From sequence record MN850590.1: a stretch of DNA of 64,000 nucleotides; one strand, 5' to 3'. A program made the translations under genes and the position numbers. The notes below the pieces were generated by a model. That model ran no database searches and was not told the origin of the DNA. It saw only the letters and a list, made by a program, of their open reading frames with translations. Position 1 is the stretch's first letter, and the number at the start of each line of letters is the position of its first letter. The DNA is from Escherichia phage moha. Positions 9,046 to 18,235 of the stretch are shown here, piece by piece.

Positions 9046-9299
9046 CTTTAGATGAATTTAACAATGCTGGGCTCGGGCTTGAAGTTGAAATAGACGTTAA
9101 AGATGATGATGGATTCGAGAACACCATCAAGTATTGGATTGAGCCAATACGCGTTGAAGGCGATGAAGTTAAAGCAGTTCATGTCTGCACCGACTGGGCT
9201 ATTGAATTTAGCTTTAATATAATGGACAACGATACTCCCGGCTCTATTCTTAAAATGGCTGAAGCATGTATTGAGGATGCGTATAATGACGAAGACTGA
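9042..9299 (+). CDS. Hypothetical acidic protein
   Basis: 85-aa ORF. Confidence 0.5.
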   Translation: MTLDEFNNAGLGLEVEIDVKDDDGFENTIKYWIEPIRVEGDEVKAVHVCTDWAIEFSFNIMDNDTPGSILKMAEACIEDAYNDED

Positions 9300-9525
9300 T
9301 TATGAAATCCATCGTCATGAATTTAGTATTGGTGACGGTTATATTGGTATCGTTGAATGGACTGAGAATTACGAGGAATCAACTCCTCGTTTCTTTGGAA
9401 CAATGTATGTTACTTGCGAGTATGCACCAGGTGTTGTTATGTATGCAGAACTAGATGAATATTTTGCTGATAGAGATGACATGTTAAAATATGTAGAGGA
9501 CTTCATTCGAAGAGAATACATATGA
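9286..9525 (+). CDS. Hypothetical protein
   Basis: ATG 9286 in ORF 9271-9525. Confidence 0.45.
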   Translation: MTKTDYEIHRHEFSIGDGYIGIVEWTENYEESTPRFFGTMYVTCEYAPGVVMYAELDEYFADRDDMLKYVEDFIRREYI

Positions 9526-11210
9526 AATCATTTAAATTAAATCGTGTTCGTTATCAAAACATCATGTCGGTAGGTGGGAATCCTATCGATATCCAATTAG
9601 ATAAAGTCCAAAAGACCTTAATCACCGGTAAAAATGGCGGTGGTAAATCTACGATGTTAGAAGCCATTACTTTCGGACTTTTCGGTAAACCATTTCGTGA
9701 TGTTAAGAAAGGACAAATCATTAATAGCACGAACAAGAAAGAGCTCTTAGTTGAGCTTTGGATGGAATTCGATGATAAAAAATACTTCATTAGACGCGGC
9801 CAAAAGCCCAATATTTTCGAAATCTCCGTTGACGGTGTTCGTCTCGATGAATCTGCCAGCAGTCGTGACTTCCAAGAAGAATTTGAACGTAGCATCGGAA
9901 TGTCATACGCGTCTTTTAAACAAATCGTTGTGCTTGGGACGGCAGGGTATACCCCTTTCATGGCTCTTAGCACCCCTGCTCGTAGAAAACTTGTCGAAGA
10001 CCTTTTAGAAGTCGGCACACTCGCTGAAATGGATAAAATCAATAAGTCTCAAGTTCGAGAACTTAATTCCCAGGGACAAGTTCTCGATGCTAAGAAAGAT
10101 GGTGTTATCCAACAAATTAAGATTTATAACGAGAATATCGAACGTCAAAAGAAATTATCTGGTGATAATGTAGCGCGTCTACAGAATATGTATGACGACC
10201 TAGCCAAAGAAGCTCGTTCATTAAAAGCAGAAATCGAAGAAGCTAATGAGCGACTACTTAATATCGTTCTTGATGAAGACCCTACTGAGGCATTCAACAA
10301 GATAGGACAAGAAGCATTCTTGATTAAATCTAAAATCGACTCATATAACAAAGTTATTAAGATGTATCATGACGGTGGCACATGTCCTACTTGTGCATCA
10401 CAGTTGCACCAGGGTGATCCTATTGTCTCTAAGATTACCGATAAGCTTCACGAATGTAATCACTCATTCGAACAACTTACATGTCACAGAGATAATCTGA
10501 GTGTCCTAGTGGACGAATACAGAGCCAATGTTAAGACTAAACAGGACCTTGCATCTGATATTCGTACCAAGAAACAAGCAATGATTGCCACTATTGATAA
10601 AGCTAAGAAAGTTAAAGCTGCAATAGAGCAAGCCTCAGCAGAATTTATCGACCATGCCGATGAGATAGCTTTGCTTCAAAAAGAACTTGATAAAATCATT
10701 AAAACAAAATCAGATATCGTTCTTGAAAAATACCATCGTGGTATTATCACAGATATGTTAAAAGATTCTGGTATTAAAGGTGCTATCATTAAAAAATATG
10801 TGCCTCTGTTCAACAAGCAGATTAACCATTATCTTAAAATCATGGAAGCTGATTACGTGTTTTCTATTGATGAAGAATTCAATGAATCTATAAAATCACG
10901 TGGTCGTGAAGATTTTAGTTATGCTTCATTTAGTCAAGGTGAAAAAGCACGCATTGATATCGCGTTGTTGTTTACATGGCGAGATATTGCTGAAAAGGTC
11001 TCTGGTGTTAAAATCAACACTCTGATTCTTGATGAGGTTTTTGATGGGGCAGTTGATTCTGAAGCTGTTAAGGCTATAGATACCATTCTTGGAAGTTTAC
11101 AAAATACTAACGTGTTCATTATTTCTCATAGGGACCATGACCCTCAACGTTATGGACAACATTTGCAAATGAGCAAAGTTGGACGATTTACTGTAATGAC
11201 TGTTTCATAA
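9522..11210 (+). CDS. 46: Recombination ATPase subunit gp46 (Rad50/SbcC-like)
   Basis: Walker A GKNGGGKST, coiled-coil middle with CPTC zinc hook, signature/Walker B region LILDEVFD. Confidence 0.9.
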   Translation: MKSFKLNRVRYQNIMSVGGNPIDIQLDKVQKTLITGKNGGGKSTMLEAITFGLFGKPFRDVKKGQIINSTNKKELLVELWMEFDDKKYFIRRGQKPNIFEISVDGVRLDESASSRDFQEEFERSIGMSYASFKQIVVLGTAGYTPFMALSTPARRKLVEDLLEVGTLAEMDKINKSQVRELNSQGQVLDAKKDGVIQQIKIYNENIERQKKLSGDNVARLQNMYDDLAKEARSLKAEIEEANERLLNIVLDEDPTEAFNKIGQEAFLIKSKIDSYNKVIKMYHDGGTCPTCASQLHQGDPIVSKITDKLHECNHSFEQLTCHRDNLSVLVDEYRANVKTKQDLASDIRTKKQAMIATIDKAKKVKAAIEQASAEFIDHADEIALLQKELDKIIKTKSDIVLEKYHRGIITDMLKDSGIKGAIIKKYVPLFNKQINHYLKIMEADYVFSIDEEFNESIKSRGREDFSYASFSQGEKARIDIALLFTWRDIAEKVSGVKINTLILDEVFDGAVDSEAVKAIDTILGSLQNTNVFIISHRDHDPQRYGQHLQMSKVGRFTVMTVS

Positions 11211-11252
11211 ACGCTTTAACACGATGTGGTTATAATGACCACATCAAATTAA

Positions 11253-11453
11253 ATGGAGAACAACATGGAGTATTCAACTGGACAACATCTTCTCGTTGTC
11301 CCTGAAATTAAAAAATATGTTTTGACCAATACGTTTTCAGGTGAAGAACATATTGTCACTGAACAAATGCTCAAATCTGCTTTTAAAGATGAGTATAATA
11401 AAATAATGTCTAATCGCAATTCCGCATGGACAGTTACCGACTTCTACGAATAA
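11253..11453 (+). CDS. Hypothetical protein
   Basis: 66-aa ORF. Confidence 0.4.
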   Translation: MENNMEYSTGQHLLVVPEIKKYVLTNTFSGEEHIVTEQMLKSAFKDEYNKIMSNRNSAWTVTDFYE

Positions 11454-11465
11454 GAGAGAAATAAT

Positions 11466-11882
11466 ATGTTTACTACTGCTAAAGGTTTTACCGCTGCTGA
11501 TCTGAAAGTTACTTCTATCCGTACTGACGCTAACCCACATAACCATAATCGTGTTCGTAAAGCATGGGTCCTGCATTGTGATGACGCAAGTGCTAAAAAA
11601 CTCCAATCTTTGCCACAAGAAACTCGTTTTATGATTTATGGTTTTATTGATAACGATGTATCTGATATGTGGATTCATCTGATGCGTAAGCACTATAAAG
11701 ATTCTATTGAAGCTGGCGGAAAAATCGTTCTTGATAAAGACGGTTCTGAGCGTCTGGAAGATTTCTACTGTGTTGATGCCGACGAACAACTAATTGCCGC
11801 TGGTGAAATTGTTGCTTCTAAAATTCCAGAATATATTGAATCACTGCCTGAAGCTATTAAAAAGCAGATGGTTGCTGCATAA
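11466..11882 (+). CDS. Hypothetical protein (position of T4 rpbA/45.x)
   Basis: 138-aa ORF; identity not recognised. Confidence 0.5.
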   Translation: MFTTAKGFTAADLKVTSIRTDANPHNHNRVRKAWVLHCDDASAKKLQSLPQETRFMIYGFIDNDVSDMWIHLMRKHYKDSIEAGGKIVLDKDGSERLEDFYCVDADEQLIAAGEIVASKIPEYIESLPEAIKKQMVAA

Positions 11883-11924
11883 TAAATTTGTTATAAACTT
11901 TGAATTGTCTTGAAAGGAAATAAA

Positions 11925-12611
11925 ATGAAACTGTCTAAAGATACTATCGCTATTCTGAAAAACTTTGCCTCTATTAACTCCGGCATTCTGCTGAGTCAAG
12001 GTAAATTTATTATGACTCGTGCAGTTAATGGCACCACTTATGCGGAAGCAAATATCTCTGATGAAATTGATTTTGACGTAGCACTTTATGATTTGAATAG
12101 CTTCTTAAGCATTTTGAGTCTAGTGTCCGATGATGCTGAAATTTCAATGCACACCGATGGCAATATTAAAATTGCAGATACACGTTCCACAGTTTATTGG
12201 CCTGCCGCTGACAAGAGCACCATTGTTTTTCCTAATAAGCCAATTCAATTCCCAGTGGCTTCTGTGATTACTGAAATTAAAGCTGAAGACCTTCAACAAT
12301 TGCTTCGAGTTTCACGTGGTCTTCAGATTGATACAATTGCTATTACAAATAAAGATGGTAAAATTGTTATCAATGGCTATAATAAAGTTGAAGATTCTGG
12401 GCTAACTCGTCCTAAGTATTCTTTGACTCTTACCGATTATGATGGTTCTAACAATTTTAACTTCGTAATCAATATGGCTAATATGAAAATCCAGCCAGGT
12501 AACTATAAAGTAATGTTGTGGGGAGCTGGTGATAAAGTTGCAGCCAAGTTTGAAAGCTCTCAAGTAAGTTATGTTATTGCGATGGAAGCCGATTCTACTC
12601 ACGACTTCTAA
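11925..12611 (+). CDS. 45: Sliding clamp gp45
   Basis: 228 aa, same length as T4 gp45 and T4-like sequence as recalled; ATG 11925 preferred over TTG 11910. Confidence 0.85.
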   Translation: MKLSKDTIAILKNFASINSGILLSQGKFIMTRAVNGTTYAEANISDEIDFDVALYDLNSFLSILSLVSDDAEISMHTDGNIKIADTRSTVYWPAADKSTIVFPNKPIQFPVASVITEIKAEDLQQLLRVSRGLQIDTIAITNKDGKIVINGYNKVEDSGLTRPKYSLTLTDYDGSNNFNFVINMANMKIQPGNYKVMLWGAGDKVAAKFESSQVSYVIAMEADSTHDF

Positions 12612-12643
12612 GTCAAAGCTTTACGTTTATTGTGATACGATTA

Positions 12644-12661
12644 TGGAGGAGAAATCCTCCA
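12644..12661 (+). promoter_or_regulatory. Hairpin upstream of gene 44 RBS
   Basis: TGGAGGA-GAAA-TCCTCCA stem-loop 25 nt before ATG. Confidence 0.35.
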
Positions 12662-12686
12662 GTTTAATGATAATGAGGAAAATTAC

Positions 12687-13649
12687 ATGATTACTATCAA
12701 TTCCAAAGAACACATTCTAGAACAGAAATATCGTCCTTCTTCCATTGACGAATGTATTCTGCCTGCGTATGACCATGAAACATTCAAGTCTTTAGTATCT
12801 AAAGGAAAACTTCCTCATATTATTTTGCACTCTCCTTCTCCTGGTACCGGTAAAACAACCGTAGCAAAAGCATTATGTAATGATATCAATGCCGAAATGA
12901 TGTTCGTCAACGGTTCTGATTGTAAGATTGATTTTGTGCGGGGTCCGTTAACCGCATTCGCTCGTTCAGTCTCAATGGAAGGCAAGCCTAAAGTTATTGT
13001 TATTGATGAATTTGACCGTAGTGGCCTCGCCGAATCACAACGTCACCTTCGTACGTTTATGGAAGAATTCTCTAGTAACTGCTCTATTGTTATTACTGCT
13101 AACAACATCGATGGAATTATTGAACCATTACGTAGTCGTTGTCGAGTTATCGAATTCGGACGTCCAACCGAAGAAGATAAAATCTCGATGATGAAGAAAA
13201 TGATTCATCGTATGGTTGAAATCTGTAAGAATGAAAATATCGAAATCGCTGATATGAAAGTTGTTGCAGCTCTGGTTAAAAAGAACTTCCCAGACTTTCG
13301 TCGCACAATTGGTCAATTAGACCAGTACTCGTCTAAAGGTGTTCTTGATGCGGGTATTTTGTCTATCGTAACTAATGACCGTGGCACAGTCTCTGATGTT
13401 ATCGAAGCAATGAAGAACAAAGATATCAAACAGCTTCGTGCATTAGCTCCAAAATATGCTGCAGATTATTCATGGTTCATCGATAAATTAGTTTCAGAAT
13501 GTTATGACCAAGTTGCACCTGGTAAAAGTATTATTTCGCTTTACGAAATTGCAGGCGAAAATAATAAGTTTCATGGACTAGCAAGTAATATTGAATTACA
13601 TGTTATGTATATGCTTCTTCAACTGACCTGCGAACTGACTTGGAAATAA
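12687..13649 (+). CDS. 44: Clamp loader large subunit gp44 (AAA+)
   Basis: Walker [11 protein letters not shown], Walker [12 protein letters not shown]-like motif. Confidence 0.9.
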   Translation: MITINSKEHILEQKYRPSSIDECILPAYDHETFKSLVSKGKLPHIILHSPSPGTGKTTVAKALCNDINAEMMFVNGSDCKIDFVRGPLTAFARSVSMEGKPKVIVIDEFDRSGLAESQRHLRTFMEEFSSNCSIVITANNIDGIIEPLRSRCRVIEFGRPTEEDKISMMKKMIHRMVEICKNENIEIADMKVVAALVKKNFPDFRRTIGQLDQYSSKGVLDAGILSIVTNDRGTVSDVIEAMKNKDIKQLRALAPKYAADYSWFIDKLVSECYDQVAPGKSIISLYEIAGENNKFHGLASNIELHVMYMLLQLTCELTWK

Positions 13650-13650
13650 T

Positions 13651-14214
13651 ATGAACTTATTCGATGATGACGTCCAGCTTAACGAGCACCAAATTGCATG
13701 GAAGTCTAATGACGCTGATGCGATTCAAAAATGTGCTGATATGTTTAAAGAAAAACCTGAGAATGAATTCTTTAAAATCATTAATGCTATTAATGAAAAG
13801 AAATCTATGTCAATTGCTCAGGTCGACTACTCAAAATTTATGGTTGAGAACTCGTTATCCCAGTTCCCAGAATGTATGCCAGCTGTTTACATGATGAACT
13901 TAGTCGGTTCTGAATTAAGCGATGAAGCGCACTTCAACTATATGATGGCGGCAATTCCGCGTGGTCGTCGATTCTCTAAATGGGCTAAACTAGTCGAAGA
14001 CACTTCAGAGTTACTAGTTATCAAACTGTTGATGAAACATTACACAATCAACATGAATGATGCTACTGAGTATAAGCGGCTCCTTGAAAAAAATAACAAG
14101 TTGCCAATAGTCCTTAAAGAACTGAAGGCCATGGTCACTGATGAGTTTCTCAAAGAAGTTACAAAAAATGTGAAAGAACAAAAACAATTTAAAAAATTAG
14201 CATTGGAATGGTAA
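13651..14214 (+). CDS. 62: Clamp loader small subunit gp62
   Basis: Size (187 aa) and position between 44 and regA. Confidence 0.7.
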   Translation: MNLFDDDVQLNEHQIAWKSNDADAIQKCADMFKEKPENEFFKIINAINEKKSMSIAQVDYSKFMVENSLSQFPECMPAVYMMNLVGSELSDEAHFNYMMAAIPRGRRFSKWAKLVEDTSELLVIKLLMKHYTINMNDATEYKRLLEKNNKLPIVLKELKAMVTDEFLKEVTKNVKEQKQFKKLALEW

Positions 14215-14216
14215 AA

Positions 14217-14585
14217 ATGATTGAAATTAAATTGAAGAACCCTGAAGATTTTCTGAAAGTCAAAGAGACTTTGACCCGTATGGGCATCGCTAATAACAAG
14301 GATAAAGTTCTTTATCAGTCCTGTCATATCCTCCAAAAGCAAGGTAAGTACTATATTGTCCACTTTAAAGAAATGTTGCGTATGGATGGACGTCAGGTTG
14401 ATATTGATGGTGAAGACTATCAGCGTCGTGATTCGATTGCTCAGTTGCTTGAAGACTGGGGCTTGATTGTTATTGAAGACTCTGCTCGTGAAGATCTGTT
14501 TAGCCTGACTAATAACTTCCGTGTTATCTCTTTTAAACAGAAAGATGACTGGACTTTGAAAGCAAAATATACAATTGGTAATTAA
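14217..14585 (+). CDS. regA: Translational repressor RegA
   Basis: 122 aa, T4 RegA-like sequence as recalled (LKVKETLTRMGIANNKDKVLYQSCHIL); position before gene 43. Confidence 0.85.
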   Translation: MIEIKLKNPEDFLKVKETLTRMGIANNKDKVLYQSCHILQKQGKYYIVHFKEMLRMDGRQVDIDGEDYQRRDSIAQLLEDWGLIVIEDSAREDLFSLTNNFRVISFKQKDDWTLKAKYTIGN

Positions 14586-14589
14586 AGCA

Positions 14590-14611
14590 ATGGGACTTCG
14601 GTCCCATTTGG
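14590..14611 (+). terminator. Hairpin after regA (weak terminator or gene 43 leader structure)
   Basis: ATGGGAC-TTCG-GTCCCAT followed by TTGG. Confidence 0.4.
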
Positions 14612-14666
14612 AGTATAATAAGTTCATCAACAAACAAAAGACAATAACTCGTCTAAAGGAAATTAA

Positions 14667-17378
14667 ATGAAAGAATTTTACTTAACGGTTGAACAGATTG
14701 GTGATTCAATTTTTGAACGTTACATCGATTCTAATGGCCGTGAACGTACTCGTGAAGTAGAATATAAACCATCACTGTTTGCTCATTGTCCAGAAAGTCA
14801 GGCTACGAAATATTTCGATATCTACGGTAAGCCGTGTACTCGTAAGTTGTTCGCCAATATGCGTGATGCCTCCCAATGGATTAAACGCATGGAAGATATC
14901 GGTCTTGAAGCATTAGGTATGGACGATTTCAAATTGGCGTATTTGTCTGACACTTATAACTATGAAATCAAATACGACCATACAAAAATTCGTGTGGCTA
15001 ACTTCGACATCGAAGTAACATCTCCAGATGGGTTCCCTGAGCCGTCACAAGCAAAACATCCGATTGATGCTATCACCCATTATGACTCAATTGACGACAG
15101 GTTCTACGTATTTGATCTATTGAATTCTCCATATGGTAATGTAGAAGAATGGTCTATTGAAATCGCTGCTAAGCTTCAAGAACAAGGCGGTGATGAAGTT
15201 CCATCCGAAATTATCGATAAAATCATTTATATGCCGTTCGATAACGAAAAAGAATTGTTGATGGAATATCTCAACTTCTGGCAACAGAAAACTCCTGTCA
15301 TTTTGACTGGATGGAACGTTGAGTCATTTGATATTCCATATGTGTATAACCGAATCAAGAATATTTTTGGCGAATCTACTGCGAAACGTTTATCACCACA
15401 TCGTAAAACTCGTGTTAAAGTTATCGAAAACATGTATGGTTCTCGTGAAATCATTACATTGTTCGGTATCTCTGTTCTTGATTACATTGACCTTTACAAA
15501 AAATTCTCTTTTACCAATCAACCGTCGTATTCTCTGGATTACATTTCAGAATTTGAATTGAACGTTGGTAAACTGAAATATGACGGCCCTATTTCTAAGC
15601 TTCGTGAAAGCAATCACCAACGATATATTTCTTATAACATTATCGACGTGTATCGTGTATTGCAAATTGATGCTAAGCGTCAGTTCATCAACTTGAGTTT
15701 GGACATGGGTTATTATGCTAAGATACAGATTCAATCTGTGTTTAGCCCAATTAAAACATGGGATGCTATTATTTTTAATAGCCTTAAAGAGCAGAACAAG
15801 GTGATTCCACAAGGTCGTTCTCACCCTGTTCAACCTTATCCTGGCGCTTTTGTTAAGGAACCTATTCCAAATCGATACAAATATGTAATGAGTTTCGACC
15901 TTACATCTCTGTATCCAAGTATTATTCGCCAAGTGAATATTAGCCCAGAAACAATAGCAGGAACGTTTAAAGTAGCTCCATTGCATGATTATATTAACGC
16001 AATCGCTGAACGTCCTTCTGATGTGTACAGTTGTTCTCCTAACGGCATGATGTATTATAAAGACCGTGACGGTGTTGTTCCAACTGAAATCACTAAGGTC
16101 TTTAATCAACGTAAAGAACATAAAGGTTATATGCTTGCGGCTCAACGTAATGGTGAAATAATTAAAGAGGCACTGCATAATCCTAATCTTTCTGTTGACG
16201 AACCATTAGATGTTGATTATCGTTTCGACTTCAGTGATGAGATTAAAGAAAAGATTAAAAAGTTGTCTGCTAAATCTCTTAATGAAATGTTGTTTAGAGC
16301 TCAACGTACTGAAGTTGCAGGTATGACTGCACAGATTAACCGTAAATTGCTTATCAACTCACTTTATGGTGCACTTGGCAACGTTTGGTTCCGTTATTAT
16401 GATTTGCGTAATGCTACTGCAATCACAACATTCGGTCAAATGGCTTTACAGTGGATTGAACGTAAAGTTAATGAATATCTGAATGAAGTTTGTGGTACAG
16501 AAGGTGAAGCTTTCGTTCTTTATGGTGATACAGACTCTATTTACGTATCTGCTGATAAAATTATCGATAAGGTTGGTGAATCTAAATTCCGTGATACCAA
16601 CCATTGGGTAGACTTCTTAGATAAGTTCGCACGTGAACGTATGGAACCGGCTATTGATAGAGGTTTCCGTGAAATGTGTGAATACATGAACAATAAACAA
16701 CACTTAATGTTCATGGACCGAGAAGCTATCGCTGGTCCTCCGCTCGGTTCTAAAGGTATTGGTGGATTCTGGACTGGTAAGAAACGTTATGCATTAAACG
16801 TTTGGGATATGGAAGGTACTCGTTACGCTGAGCCTAAACTCAAAATCATGGGTCTAGAGACTCAGAAATCTTCGACTCCTAAAGCAGTACAGAAAGCTCT
16901 TAAAGAATGTATTCGTCGTATGCTTCAAGAAGGTGAAGAATCATTACAAGAATATTTTAAAGAGTTTGAAAAAGAATTCCGTCAATTGAATTATATTAGC
17001 ATCGCGTCGGTATCTTCTGCGAATAACATTGCTAAATATGACGTTGGTGGATTCCCTGGTCCTAAATGTCCGTTCCATATTCGTGGAATTCTGACGTATA
17101 ACCGGGCTATCAAAGGTAATATTGATGCTCCACAAGTTGTAGAAGGTGAAAAAGTATATGTTCTGCCTTTACGTGAAGGAAACCCATTCGGTGATAAATG
17201 TATCGCATGGCCTTCTGGTACTGAAATCACAGATTTAATTAAAGACGACGTACTTCATTGGATGGACTACACTGTTCTCCTTGAGAAGACATTTATTAAA
17301 CCACTTGAAGGATTCACATCAGCAGCGAAACTCGATTACGAGAAGAAAGCATCTCTGTTCGATATGTTCGATTTTTGA
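14667..17378 (+). CDS. 43: DNA polymerase gp43 (family B), RB69-type
   Basis: 903 aa; sequence matches RB69 gp43 as recalled from structural literature; exo motif FDIE, pol motifs DxxSLYPS and YGDTDS. Confidence 0.97.
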   Translation: MKEFYLTVEQIGDSIFERYIDSNGRERTREVEYKPSLFAHCPESQATKYFDIYGKPCTRKLFANMRDASQWIKRMEDIGLEALGMDDFKLAYLSDTYNYEIKYDHTKIRVANFDIEVTSPDGFPEPSQAKHPIDAITHYDSIDDRFYVFDLLNSPYGNVEEWSIEIAAKLQEQGGDEVPSEIIDKIIYMPFDNEKELLMEYLNFWQQKTPVILTGWNVESFDIPYVYNRIKNIFGESTAKRLSPHRKTRVKVIENMYGSREIITLFGISVLDYIDLYKKFSFTNQPSYSLDYISEFELNVGKLKYDGPISKLRESNHQRYISYNIIDVYRVLQIDAKRQFINLSLDMGYYAKIQIQSVFSPIKTWDAIIFNSLKEQNKVIPQGRSHPVQPYPGAFVKEPIPNRYKYVMSFDLTSLYPSIIRQVNISPETIAGTFKVAPLHDYINAIAERPSDVYSCSPNGMMYYKDRDGVVPTEITKVFNQRKEHKGYMLAAQRNGEIIKEALHNPNLSVDEPLDVDYRFDFSDEIKEKIKKLSAKSLNEMLFRAQRTEVAGMTAQINRKLLINSLYGALGNVWFRYYDLRNATAITTFGQMALQWIERKVNEYLNEVCGTEGEAFVLYGDTDSIYVSADKIIDKVGESKFRDTNHWVDFLDKFARERMEPAIDRGFREMCEYMNNKQHLMFMDREAIAGPPLGSKGIGGFWTGKKRYALNVWDMEGTRYAEPKLKIMGLETQKSSTPKAVQKALKECIRRMLQEGEESLQEYFKEFEKEFRQLNYISIASVSSANNIAKYDVGGFPGPKCPFHIRGILTYNRAIKGNIDAPQVVEGEKVYVLPLREGNPFGDKCIAWPSGTEITDLIKDDVLHWMDYTVLLEKTFIKPLEGFTSAAKLDYEKKASLFDMFDF

Positions 17379-17418
17379 TATAATACCATGGACGGTAAAC
17401 TAATTAAATGAGAGAAAT

Positions 17419-18054
17419 ATGAAAACTACTCCTATTACTATCGCTATTGACGCAATCGTAAAACAAGCTTCTTCTTTGGCTACTATGGCCAAAGTAATTA
17501 GTCAAAACCCTGCTCGTTATAATGCTATTCTAGAAACTCTTCGACGCCCAGGACTTAGCAATTATGAAAGCCGAGTAATTATTACAGGTGTTGGTAAGAA
17601 TGCTAATATTGCAACTAAAGCTTCTGAGACATTTGCTTCACTCGGTATCCCAAGTATGTACTTGAACACCGGGCATTATTCTCACGGTGATGCAGGATTC
17701 ATTGCGCCTAATGATGTGTTGATTCATATTAGTCGTTCTGGTAAGACCGAAGAAATGATAGGTGTTGCTAAACATCTTCGTATGATTCGTCCGAACGTCA
17801 AACAGATTCTGTTGCATTGTAACCCAGACATTCCACAAGAAAATGAAGCCCTTTTTGATTACTCTTTCTGTACAGGCATCGCAGTAGAGGTTGACGAGAA
17901 CTCTTTAGCTCCGACTATGTCTACTACATTGTTGTTAGCGCTTATCGATACGTTTGCTATCAACCTTTCGTCTGAGCGTGGATTTACCTCTAATGACTTC
18001 CTTAAGTTCCACCCTGGTGGTGCACTAGGTGCCATGTTACGAGGCGAACAATGA
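17419..18054 (+). CDS. SIS-domain sugar-phosphate isomerase (KdsD/GutQ-like arabinose-5-phosphate isomerase, no CBS domains)
   Basis: ITGVGKNANIA, HISRSGKTEE, LAPTMSTT, HPGGALG blocks co-linear with KdsD SIS domain. Confidence 0.8.
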   Translation: MKTTPITIAIDAIVKQASSLATMAKVISQNPARYNAILETLRRPGLSNYESRVIITGVGKNANIATKASETFASLGIPSMYLNTGHYSHGDAGFIAPNDVLIHISRSGKTEEMIGVAKHLRMIRPNVKQILLHCNPDIPQENEALFDYSFCTGIAVEVDENSLAPTMSTTLLLALIDTFAINLSSERGFTSNDFLKFHPGGALGAMLRGEQ

Positions 18055-18194
18055 AAGCAATAACAATAGGACTTTTACTATTGATGCTTGTCATGACTAT
18101 CTACTGGAGCTTAACAGCTCCAGTAATGATTCCAACACTTGTAATTGGATGGATTATGATTGGACTACAAGCAAAGTATGAATGCTTTAACTAG
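18051..18194 (+). CDS. Hypothetical 47-aa hydrophobic peptide
   Basis: ATGA overlap with SIS gene stop; hydrophobic throughout; below ORF-track cutoff. Confidence 0.25.
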   Translation: MKAITIGLLLLMLVMTIYWSLTAPVMIPTLVIGWIMIGLQAKYECFN

Positions 18195-18207
18195 AATAGT
18201 GTACAAT
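18183..18207 (+). promoter_or_regulatory. MotA-dependent middle promoter upstream of nucleotidyltransferase-kinase gene
   Basis: MotA box TGCTTTA (18183-18189), 12-nt spacer, -10 TACAAT (18202-18207). Confidence 0.55.
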
Positions 18208-18235
18208 ACTCCTACTTACCAATGAGGACTTCAAC

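Noticed and set aside
9554-10042. 162-aa - strand ORF inside gene 46
   Set aside because: Antisense to the Rad50-like ATPase domain including its Walker A codons; no start context.
11337-11789. 150-aa - strand ORF overlapping + strand ORFs 11253-11882
   Set aside because: + strand ORFs fit the operon direction and have RBSs; the - strand ORF has neither.
14040-14633. 197-aa - strand ORF spanning gp62 and regA
   Set aside because: Antisense to two recognisable genes; composition typical of an antisense frame in AT-rich coding DNA.
15546-16178. 210-aa ORF on the - strand inside the DNA polymerase gene
   Set aside because: Entirely antisense to the well-supported gp43 coding sequence; no RBS or promoter. 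Treated as a shadow ORF.
17379-17418. Promoter for the SIS isomerase gene between gene 43 and 17419
   Set aside because: A TATAAT is present (17379-17384) but no convincing -35 or MotA box at the right spacing; the gene may be co-transcribed with 43.
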